Below are positions 1 through 10,500 of a DNA stretch of 64,000 nt, piece after piece. The stretch is from positions 7,341,846 through 7,405,845 of the forward strand of contig CM082577.2 in the NCBI GenBank assembly GCA_040954595.2. Direction: 5' to 3'. The DNA is from Balanoglossus misakiensis. Taxonomy: Eukaryota; Animalia; Hemichordata. Both the position numbers and the translations under genes were made by a program. The notes below the pieces were generated by a model. That model had not been told where the DNA came from and did not search any database. It saw only the letters and a list, made by a program, of their open reading frames with translations. Numbering within the stretch: the first letter of the stretch is position 1; each line of letters starts with the position of its first letter.

Positions 1-103
1 CAGATACTAATCCGTGGAGTTGGGGAAAACAAGATGTACAACTAGAAGGCATGTACAGCAGAGTTCGGTTAGATCCTGAACAATTTTCCAGGTTCTGACT
101 TAC

Positions 104-220
104 GCAATACGCGATGTATCCCAGAATCTCTTCCGGAATCGTCTCTCCTTTCTTGTAGACTTCCTTGTAAAATTTATCCAGGGAGGTGTCCAACACTTCC
201 ATGCAGATCCAGACATCGCC
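104..220 (-). CDS. MAP2K6: MKK3/6 coding exon 5 (GDVWICMEVLDTSLDKFYKEVYKKGETIPEEILGYIAYC)
   Basis: 117 nt, phase 0-0; acceptor CAG at 223-221, donor GTAAGT at 103-98. Confidence 0.93.
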
Positions 221-2752
221 CTGTATGGAGAAGTACAGTCCACCTGTTAGCACATGCGCCTGCTACATTTATCAACATATGCACATCACCATCTATAATT
301 TAACAGAGTTGGATATCAGCATTCCCTCTCCTCTAGATCGACGGAATGAGACATCACCTGCCCAAGATCAAATCTTCTGGTTCCAGAGCATCATTTCATC
401 ACTCACCTCTTGGAACATAGCACCATAGAATGTGACAGTGAACGCACAGTCGGAGCTACGCATGGCCACGTCCATGTCCATCACGATGCGTTTGTCTTCC
501 TTGCTGTTCACCTGAGCCCTGATTCTCTGCAAGGGGAAAAGATTCATGGCATCTCAGTTACACTATCTCCGATGCCAGACTGCAATAAATCCTAACATAT
601 GATACACGCCAAAACAATCTTTTTTGAAATCTTAATGTGAAGGTCTGCTGGACAATACATGTAGGTATATATTCAGCTGGTGAAAAATCAACAACAAAAT
701 GTTCCATGGTTACCTTGACAGCCATGATGGTGCCACTGGGGCCATGCTTGACCTTCTCCACAAATCCGTAGGCACCACGACCCAGCTCACATATCGTTTC
801 CAAATCTTCCGCCTTCACCATAAACTCCTTCCCCCCAATAGTGAGTGTAGTTTTGCTGTCCGCTGGGAGGTTTTCCGGATGTTTTCTGCGGAAGGGGAAA
901 AGAGTGAGAATTTAGCTTCGTTCACATTGTGTTTAATCTGGCTGGGACCTGGCCATGATGGCTATAGGGCAGTTACATAGATAGGGATCTGGTCATATTC
1001 TGTAAATAAAACAGTACCTGCTACACACGTGTGAATTTCAGTATATGTGCAATGTAAATTACGACAGGGACCAGGTGCTTAATGAGATCCCTGAGTCACT
1101 AAATTACCAATTGTTGTACTTGACCTTGATCACTGGATGTGAGCCGTCTAGTGAAAGACCCACTCCTACTCTGTACTTCAATGAATTCTTTCCTTCCATT
1201 ACACAGTGATTTGTCAGCGAGCCAGCTTTGAACAAATACCCCATCCATCACTTGATGTGGAAAAGAGTACAATGTACGTCACGTGTAAAACTTTAACCCG
1301 GCTTTATGACTCAGCCTTTGTCAAACCATTTCTTCTGTTTCCTCTCTTCCAAGAAATTAAGTGGAACGGTGCTCTCCCCCCTAACACACACAGACACATA
1401 AATGAGAACAACGGGCATTGTCTTACTTTTCAACAGCTCTGTCGACTTGGTCAAACTTGAATCCTGGCAATTTAGGCGGTTTCTTCCTCCCTGGTAAAAG
1501 ATACAGAAAAAAGATATTAGTACAAAAAACAGCTCCACCAGACCGGTAAATATCTGTGTTATTAGGCAAAGGTGGTACATGCAGTTCAAAGGTCATGTAC
1601 TGTGAAAGAACCTGCATGAAGAATGTGGAACTCAGCCGGCTGAGAACAGTGAACACAGCTGATCAGGTGTCTCTGCTTCCTGTTCAATTGCACATTTCTT
1701 GCTTTGATGGCGAACTTCACAAAACAGCCACTCACACTGTATCATCACTTAGCCTTTATACATACACGTGCATCATGAGATCAATACACGTTTCTGGTAG
1801 CTTTTTTGTGTAAATGTGATCTAGGCAATGAAGTGGTCTATATCTGGGCAAAGCTGAATGAATGTTGTCTAGTTAACCATGGTTCCACAATACATTTATA
1901 CATGTACCATGATGCCAAGTATATGTTTTGAAACTGACACCCGTGTTCCTTTCAATGGCCTGGTAAACAAAGAAGCACAAATACAGACAGGCTGATTGCA
2001 TCAACAGATTCAAACAGGACACCAGAATATGTAACAAAAGTGTCAGACATGTTACTTTGTTTTGTGTGGTTTCCCCGGAGGTCTGTAGTGTAGGGCTTCA
2101 AATGGTACAAATGGCAAATCTCATAAGGATTTGGCTGGCCCCTATTAGTTAGAAGTGGGCTTGTAGAGATCTGATCACTGTAATAGGAGGCCAATTATCT
2201 GACATAACACTGTAACAGTGCAGAAATATTCCCTGGTCTCTCCTCAAGCACCCATTCAGTGTTATCTGCTATGACCTTGTAGTGCTCATACAGGTGCCTT
2301 GTAGATCCGGGGTCTATAATATGATGCAAGTTTTGTTGGGTATGTTGTAGGAGTGTTTGCATGATTGATACACAACTATGATGAAATATTTCAAATCATT
2401 CCGGCCCTTCGAATGTTTTTCTTATCACCCAGATTACCTTACACAATATAGAAACTGCATTTTGAAATCGCGCATTTACACTTCGGGGTAAGTTTCCTTG
2501 ACTTTGGGACCAACCCCAAGGCTGATCGTGAAACTAACTACCATATCCATTATCCGTCGCACATACATTGTTTACCCAGTCCCGGGTAACGAAGACAACT
2601 GGCCAAATGGAAAGAAGGATCGAGGCGACAGTTGACTTGTTCTTGTGGAATTGTATGAATAAAATATGCCGGGTCATGGCGGTTGCTAAACCGGGTCGGG
2701 TTGATGCAACACGTCATGATTGTATGGACTTACCTGTCCTACCGGCAGACAT
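104..2752 (-). CDS. MAP2K6: Dual-specificity MAP kinase kinase, MKK3/MKK6 (licorne/SEK-1) family; 3'-partial; complement(join(104..220,407..526,714..885,1427..1490,2734..2752))
   Basis: The spliced product reads MSAGRTGRKKPPKLPGFKF...EFMVKAEDLETICELGRGAYGFVEKVKHGPSGTIMAVKRIRAQVNSKEDKRIVMDMDVAMRSSDCAFTVTFYGAMFQEGDVWICMEVLDTSLDKFY. It has a basic/hydrophobic D-domain, Gly loop, MAVK lysine and the GDVWICME motif of MKK3/6. All introns are GT-AG with matching phases. Probably co-orthologous to MAP2K3 and MAP2K6. Confidence 0.93.
407..526 (-). CDS. MAP2K6: MKK3/6 coding exon 4 (RIRAQVNSKEDKRIVMDMDVAMRSSDCAFTVTFYGAMFQE)
   Basis: 120 nt, phase 0-0; GCAG acceptor, GTGAGT donor; alphaC helix region. 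Confidence 0.93.
714..885 (-). CDS. MAP2K6: MKK3/6 coding exon 3 (KHPENLPADSK...ELGRGAYGFVEK...IMAVK)
   Basis: 172 nt; polypyrimidine tract CTCTTTTCCCCTTCCGCAG, donor GTAAC; kinase subdomains I-II. Confidence 0.94.
1427..1490 (-). CDS. MAP2K6: MKK3/6 coding exon 2 (GRKKPPKLPGFKFDQVDRAVEK, MAPK-docking D-domain)
   Basis: 64 nt, phase 1 to phase 2, which fits exon 3 exactly; CCAG acceptor, GTAAG donor. Confidence 0.85.
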
Positions 2753-3500
2753 GACGAAAAAAACAGCCTCTCTCCCTTTGCCGGTGTATTTCCAATTCTG
2801 CTGACCCAGGCAGAAAACCTGCTGACTCTGCTGGCAGGCGCAAACCTCGCCGATCACGGGGAAATGCCCAGGGAAGGGACTGTCCGGTACTACCACACAG
2901 TGCACTCTACAAATTCCGTGATGTGTCACTGCTGTCAGAGTGTAGTTTTGTACAAGCTTGCCAACCAAAACGACACGGCACGCACACGATCACAAGCCGT
3001 GGCGTGAGTCACCAGGAAGAACTGTCATCAACAACTTCCATTGACAAAAGCGATCAGAAAACTCCTAGGACAAGTCGATCGATCCCGTTTGCGACAACCT
3101 AAAACTTGTGAAATACACTAAAACTTCCACGGGTGACGGTACGTCCTCCCTTCGATCGAGCCACAGCCCCACACACTCCGTATTTTTGGTTCCGGGTATG
3201 CGATGAGTCAGCGAAGGGTGTCCCCCACCGGATGTGACGTCTGTTTAAAAGCCGCTATTTCCACGTTTGTCTCCGAAAAATTCTGCGGTTTTGTGGAAAA
3301 TAGAGACGTTTTACAAGACCTGGTCCCGTTTTTCAGCGATCCGTGAGGTTTACAACCGTTTCATTCATAACAATGTGACCAGTGATGACTCATACCTGGT
3401 ACATTTCGGAGTGTATTAATCATCAGCCGGGTTCGGCGTGCACTCGCCAAAGTTCGGAATTCTTCGGGTTTATGAGGGCGCTCAATACTTAAAAACAAAC
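2400..3500 (-). promoter_or_regulatory. CpG-rich MKK3/6 promoter/first-exon region with AP-1 sites and an ETS-CRE-like composite
   Basis: Hand count about 52 CpG in 2401-3300 versus 8 in 1501-2400; TGASTCA at 3005, 3204 and 3386; ACCGGATGTGACGTC at 3227-3241. Confidence 0.55.
2734..2752 (-). CDS. MAP2K6: MKK3/6 probable first coding exon (MSAGRT-G)
   Basis: gtcATG TCT GCC GGT AGG ACA G followed by a consensus GTAAGT donor; phase 1 matches exon 2; lies in the CpG-rich 5' zone. Confidence 0.7.
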
Positions 3501-4058
3501 GTACCTGAGAATCATACCTATAGGCGGCGCTTAATACATGAACCATACCACATGCGACTGTGGTGTATATGAACCATATTCTTGAGTTTTTACATACTGT
3601 GTGTCACAAAAGTATCAGCAGGCTGCAGTAAAGATGCTCTATAAGCTTGTTGGGAATCCAATCCATGCGTCTATATTTGATGATAAATGAGTTAGAACGT
3701 GACACCATGTGGCCTCGTATGTATGGACCAAATCAAAGTACATTGCCACTGCAATGTCTAATTCTCAAAAATGTTAATATGAAATATTGCATATACAAAC
3801 CAACCCAAAGGTTTGCATTACACCGACTTCTGCTTCATGCTTTTAATATCAAATGTTCAAGGTCTTTCACGCACCATATTCTCGGATGAGATTTTGGGTA
3901 TAAATCTTGCCGTAGTAAACATTTCCCTGGTTTTTATGTCACAGCGCCACCCACTTGCGATTCACTGATACCTTTGTTTAGCTTTCCACACGTACCAACT
4001 TACATATACCAATAAGCTGACTATAAGCAGCTGACAAAGGTTTCATTAGCGAAAACAC

Positions 4059-4064
4059 TTTATT
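4059..4064 (-). terminator. Candidate polyadenylation signal AATAAA of the DEG/ENaC gene
   Basis: TTTATT on + strand, about 320 nt 3' of the stop codon at 4386. Confidence 0.5.
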
Positions 4065-4385
4065 TCAATACAATATGAAAATGGTTCATAGCGTCTTAAC
4101 AAAGTAACACCACTCTCCAAAGTTAAGCTTTCCATATCTTCGGTAGGCTGCAAATGGTTCCATTAAAAACACGGAAATATATTTTCTGTCGACATACACG
4201 GTTTCGCCGAGCCTAACGTTATTCAGTTGTCCAACGTGTCTCAAAAGTCAAAAGTTCAAAGACTTCCACGAAAGTGAACGATATTTGCGCAGTCTCCAGG
4301 GGCACGTCATAGCGTGCTATCCCATAATACTGCATTCAACACGTCTCCACACAAATGCGCGAGAATGCAGCTATTTCACACCTCC

Positions 4386-4547
4386 TCAAGTCGAAGGGTT
4401 GGCGCGGATTTTGGCCTTGCCCGAGAATTTCTGCCTGATCCACCTGCAAACGTCGTAGCCGAACTCCAAGAATTCAAACAGGGTGATGAACGACATGCCG
4501 ATCCACAGTCCCATCTGACCTCCCATGTCGCTCAGAAAATCTTCGAT
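4386..4547 (-). CDS. DEG/ENaC exon 11 (TM2, selectivity filter, short C-tail, stop)
   Basis: 162 nt; IEDFLSDMGGQMGLWIGMSFITLFE...ANPST*. Confidence 0.93.
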   Translation of the reverse strand: MEDFLSDMGGQMGLWIGMSFITLFEFLEFGYDVCRWIRQKFSGKAKIRANPST

Positions 4548-7500
4548 CTGAAAGGATAAAACGAGAAGACATGATTTCGCCCGAGCATGAGTTACATCCA
4601 ATAGCTATTTCTCCGAGTACTCATTACATATTATGCATATGAAGATTCAAGATAAATTCAAATTTAAACTTATTCGGCAAAGACTTCTTGAGTAATGAAA
4701 TCATCTGGTAATATTGTCAGTGTAACATTTCACCAACCTCATATTTGGGCGATTCGGTGATAGATTCGTAATTAAACTCTTGATAGTAAACGTTTAGCTT
4801 GCACAGGTTTTTCCTGCAAGATGAAAATCAATAAACGGTGGAAATGGAATAAGATGCAGCATCCAATGGAATAAAATAAACCATGGAAACCCTTGATGAA
4901 AAAAACGGTGAGCTAGGGGAGCGGTAACATTCGCAACAATTATAAATATTTCACTCTAAGCCGCTGACGTTTCTGTTTCACAGAATTAATGAGTAGGGGT
5001 CAGAGCGTATCGTTACTTACTCTGCAAAATTTTCATCCTCTAACGCCATTTGATTTAAACTGTGACTCTTTCTCCGAACATCAGATACGATCTTGGGCTG
5101 GAAAAAAAAACAATATCAATTTTCATAGGTGCTTAATACAATTGTCGGTGCGCAAAGCGCTCGTCTGCAATTCAATCAATCAAAACATGGCTCAGTTCGA
5201 TTAACAGCGGGGTAGATTTATATTTCGTGGGGTTAATATGAACTATATCGGATAAAAGAAAACGGGTGATAATTGGATTATTATTTCTAATTTATAGCTA
5301 TATCAAAAAGATTAGGAAGAGTCGCAGTAAATTGTAAAGTATCACATTGTTCAGAAATATGAACAGCTGTGTGGGTTGGCGCACTGAAAGTGATTGTAGA
5401 TTGCGAACATCATTTCAGATGTAAGACAGTCTATAGGCTAATGACACTTACTTTGAAGTTAGTGCTTGGCCATAACGATGACGTCACGGTGGTTCTGAAC
5501 ATGGTCTCCCTGTTTAGATGGAACCAGGGCGAGAAAGGGAGAATCTTGATTAATGTTTGTAAATGCATGTAATTCGCTGCATGTACATGGATACTATAGG
5601 CAACAGCGTAATAATAACGCGGCTGAATGAGAGCTGGATGAAATGAACATTTTATGGGGGAGGTGTTCTCCCGGTCGTCGTGATATACTTACGAACATCT
5701 CTCGGTACACAAGGTGGAGCATGGAGGTTGCAGCTTGTTCATGGTGTATGCTCCTTCAACACGCTTCAAGCAAGGGCCTGAAAAAACAACAACACACATC
5801 CATAATGTTCTGTTCAGAATTGGCGTTAAAACGACATTTACAAGGGACGTGGAGGAGGAAGAGACAATAAAAATCGTGATGGGGACTTTAACAAATACGA
5901 ACAGGGCCAATAAGGGATGAAAAAAACCACGGCATAAATGGAGACAAAATTGTCGGTACCGGCTGGTGACACTGTCGCCGGCAGCTGTGATTAACAAGGA
6001 CCTTACCTTGGATGTCGTCGTTATGGTGACATACGTTGTATTTATTGTTGTAATTGAATCTGTAATCAACACAATTGCACTCCGAGATCACGTGGTCATT
6101 GTAACAACTTTTCTCACACGCCTGTAAATAGACAGACAGACAGACAGAGAGGATAAAATATAAATAAATAAGTGTTTATTTTTCATTCACATATTAAAGG
6201 GCCAAAAGTTGGCTTTGTTGGCATCATTTCGAATATTTGTGGTTTCGCATCGTTTAATAGCCGCATATTCGAGCTGACCTTTGACACCTTTCGTGGACAT
6301 AACACGCAGGTGAACGAGGTCTGCGAAAGCGCCAGACTTTTCTTTGAACGATGACGGACTCGGCGATGCTTCCGACACTGCGCGGCGAAGTTGGTGAATA
6401 GACATGTATAGTACAGTTGACCTCAATTTAAAGACAAAGGGTGAATACCCATCCCATTTGTTCTTTGTAGCTCACCTGTTGACTGTAGTCAACGCCGAAG
6501 AAATCGCTGAAGATATCATAGTTTGAGTGACTGTCTTTGCAATCCCCGTATGGGTCTGACTCTCTCTCAATGACTACCTGTCCACGCAAAGAAAAAATAA
6601 AAAACACGCACGTGCGTCTAAGCCTTATACTTGTGGCATTTTGACAGTGTTTTCTTGATTACAATTTTAAGTATGCATTTGAATTGAATCACGGGGATAT
6701 TGCGAACTCACCTTTCTCAAACCAACGCTTGTTTCCTGACCGGGACCTATGCTGAAACCGTTGTCCTCTGGGAACGGCATAATCGACTGCGGATGTACGA
6801 GAACCCGAACACCAGCCGACTCACTGAGACTAGGAACATATTCGGATTGCTCGACATTTAACTTCAGAGACAAGCCTAGAAATTTGAATCGAATTGAATA
6901 TATCTGGAAATGTTGTATTTCAGTCAGACAGACAGAGAGAATGACAGACAGACAGACAGACAGACAAAGATAATAGTATAGGACAGCGACAAAGGGAACT
7001 ATTTGCATCTACGAGGCACGTGACGGTTTTCGTAACTCGTTTGGCACATTTTGCGCGCACTTTTTCAGTCTCTATTCAAAACAAGAACCTTTTGCACTAG
7101 GTATACTCCGCACTCATAATCTACACGAAACTCGATCCACCTTGCACGCACATATAAACGCATAGAGGTTCAACTTACCGTACAGAGGACCTGGCTTGTT
7201 CGTAGCACGGGTAACGCCATCCTTGCCGGAGTTGAAGGTGTAGCAGTTACCGTAGGTTGGGTTGAAAAATTGGCTGAAATTACTGCCAAAAGAAAAGTGA
7301 AAAAAGTGGGTCAGGTGAAGATTAGAGTAACAAAAGGAGAGGAAGGCGTCCTGTTTGTGAAACGAGGAGGGTTTTATTTAAATTTGTTGACCCACAGCGC
7401 TTCGTACTTTTGCGAACGTATTGAAGTTGGCTCACAGGCAAGGCCGCACTTGTCGGAGATATCTCTTTTATTCCATGCCATTCAGACACATTCATGGCAT

Positions 7501-10500
7501 GAGAATGCGTTCTTCACCCCCGAAATAAAAGCAGACTTGTATAAAAAAAATCAGGGGACACAATAACAGCATGGCCTTACTCCCACGGCAACAAGACCGT
7601 TTCATTCATAGAAGTATTTCGACCCCGAACTTTAAGACCCGGTGTTCTCACAAGAACGGAAGTGGGGTGATCTTTGTGGTGGAGTATTTCAATTGACCAC
7701 CGTCACTATTATGGTTGTCTTTTTTTTATATTCCGGATGTATCATCGCAGGCCTCAATCGCATCACCATAGTTACAGTGTCCTTGATTAAGTATTCGGAT
7801 GGGAGGGGTGATAGGTCACACACGTGGAAGTATAGAAAAACTGCTAACTTCCACCAGGCTAACCAGAATATCGGTGCGTAATCAGTAGCAATATAAGGAG
7901 GCAGCTGACACAATTTAGCGTCTGGGTAAAATGCAGTAGGTTCGACGCGGCCACTAACATGCATTCTGACTTCGATAATTTTCTATACACGCATAAATAC
8001 ATGTACTGCTGTCGCCCGTCAAGGCAAAAAAAAAAAACAAGGCCTGGCATGCTATTATAATTTCGAAAAGCACGAACACTTGTCTGCTCGATTCAAAAAA
8101 GAATTTTCTCAGCGGGGAGTGCTCGAACAGATCCATACGCGTCACCCTTGACAATGCAATAAAGTGGGCATCTAACGCGGCAAAGGGGCAAACAAACCTT
8201 GGTCCGCACGGGAAGCCTTTCCAGGTGCAATCGATGAGAAGGTCTCGGATATCATGTCCCAGTTTCAGTTTGGCAGAATAGTTCAGTCCACCGACGTAGT
8301 CATACACTGAGGTTAAGGTGTCAAACATTTCATCTTGGGCTTCGTAGTCAATATCTAGCATATCCCAGTCCATGTCATACGCCTACATTGCAAAGGGTGA
8401 AATGTCTTGAATGAGACTAAGTTATGATGTATAGGTTATTTTTTTAAGAAAATAATAATGAGCACTTGCTCTATTGGCAAACGGGTGAACGAGTGGATGA
8501 ATGAATGAATAAAAGTGAATGAATGAATGAATGAATGAATGAATGAATGAATGAATGAATGAATGAATGAATGAATGAATGAATGAATGAATGAATGAAT
8601 CAGTGAAAGAAAGAAAGAAAAAAAGAAAGAAAGAAAGAAAGAAAAGAAGAAAGAAAGAAAGAAAGAAAGAAAGATCAAAGAATGAACGAGGAGCGAGCGA
8701 GCTGATTCAGGATAAAAAGTAATAACTGCTTGATAACTATAATCGGCCAAGGAGTCACGGGAAGAACTTGTGCACAGATCTGGACGTCAATAAATGTTTA
8801 ATACAGACACACTCTCTCGGGGTAATTCCTCTATTCCTACCAGTAACAGCTGTTCAGAAACAAAAAGTACTAATTGAATTTCTAGTGTTTAAAACACTGC
8901 GCTGATCAAGCGGTTCAAACTGAAAGGTGCAGTTCAATTTCTCGGGGTAACTCAAGGGTTTATCGCAAAATCCTGTGACCGGGTAAAAATCAATCTACGC
9001 TGGCCTTGGATATGATAATTGAATTATTTAACTGTCAAATCCATCAGCGATTTCTTTTCATCTTTAATACCCTCATGTAAATTGAATTACTCGATGTTTT
9101 ATTTTGTGACATTTTATGACGGCGCAATCTCTCACCGCGCCTTGTTTACTGGCAATTATCTTGATTTCGATGACGTGTAATTAGTTCAAATAACGTTATT
9201 TCACGCAGAATTATGAGGGGAAATTTTGCCAATCCATCACTTGCCCCACGCAATAAAGCGTTTTATCGGCTACCTTTCACACCGGCCAGTCTTTTAATTT
9301 CATTATCCGACCGCTTGCGGCATTATCATTTATCAGTTGCATATGCGCTGTCTCGTTGCTGCGTTTGAACTTTAAATGGGCGAATGTTTAGCGGAACAGC
9401 TACATCCATTGCGATATTAACCCATGATCGGGCGTGACATGAGCGGATATCGGGTCGCTATAATAATTCGACTCGGAAAGCAGTCGGTGATATCGCGTCT
9501 ATGTATAGTTTTCAGCTCTTGGACCTATTAACTTGTCATTATTTTTGACACGTGGCTCCCAAAAATGATATCACGACAAAAAATAGTGTACTATGAAATG
9601 GGAACAAGAGCTAATGCGGAATTAAAATATTGCGTCGTTTTACCCTGATAAATTAACATTAACCTCGTTAATGACAGTTAATAAATAAAGAAATTAACAA
9701 ATTAATGAGTGAATTACTGGACTTGAGGAAGCGGCCCGTGAGACTGATGTGTTAATTTGGGCGACTGATTGGTTGCCGGCACTGAGTTGTTTTTTTATTT
9801 CGATGATTCAAGTTAAAAAGTCCTAAGGCCAAGCAATCTGATAACCGCAACCTGAAAGACGTTTTGTGGCGCGACAAAATATTATGTTAGCGGTAACCAT
9901 GGCGACTCTCACCTGATGTGATTGAACAATGCGAGTGTTGTTGTATAGGCACTGGGAGTACCCCTATCAGCAATATGTTATATACGCAGGTTAAGTTTGC
10001 TATTGTTTTCGTGGCCAGGTGTGTTTATCGTTTACTTTCGTTATTTGAATATTTGCGTGACCAGGTGTGATGAATAAATTATTTTCCTCGTATAAAAGCC
10101 CGCACGTTGCCACGTTGTGGGATAGCTGCTGTCGTGAACTGACCTGGGAGCCGCGCATGGAAACCAAAGGTACATGTAGTTTCTTCTATTTGTGTATATT
10201 TTCAGTGTACATTATATTATGTTTATTATTACTTTATTTGCTATAATTAAAATTACATAATTAAGGTAAGTATCGTTGGTGCGTGACTATTGCTGACCGT
10301 ATTTGTTGCGGGAAGCGCTGGCGGATTCGTTTCAAGGCGAGCCATTCAGCGAGTTTAATTTGCTTCAGTTACCCGCCCTGTTTCGGCATTGAACGGCCAG
10401 CGTGTCGTAACAAATCTAGATGGAACTTGCGTCTTTTTGGAGAACCAAAACCAGGCCACCCTGAATAATCGCAGCGAACTGGCACATTTCTGGCGAATAT

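Noticed and set aside
3361-3546. Strong minus-strand donors (CAG|GTATGA near 3396, CAG|GTACGT near 3505) as extra MKK3/6 coding exons
   Set aside because: Nearby ATGs give phase 0 or 2, incompatible with the phase 1 of exon 2; at most UTR exons
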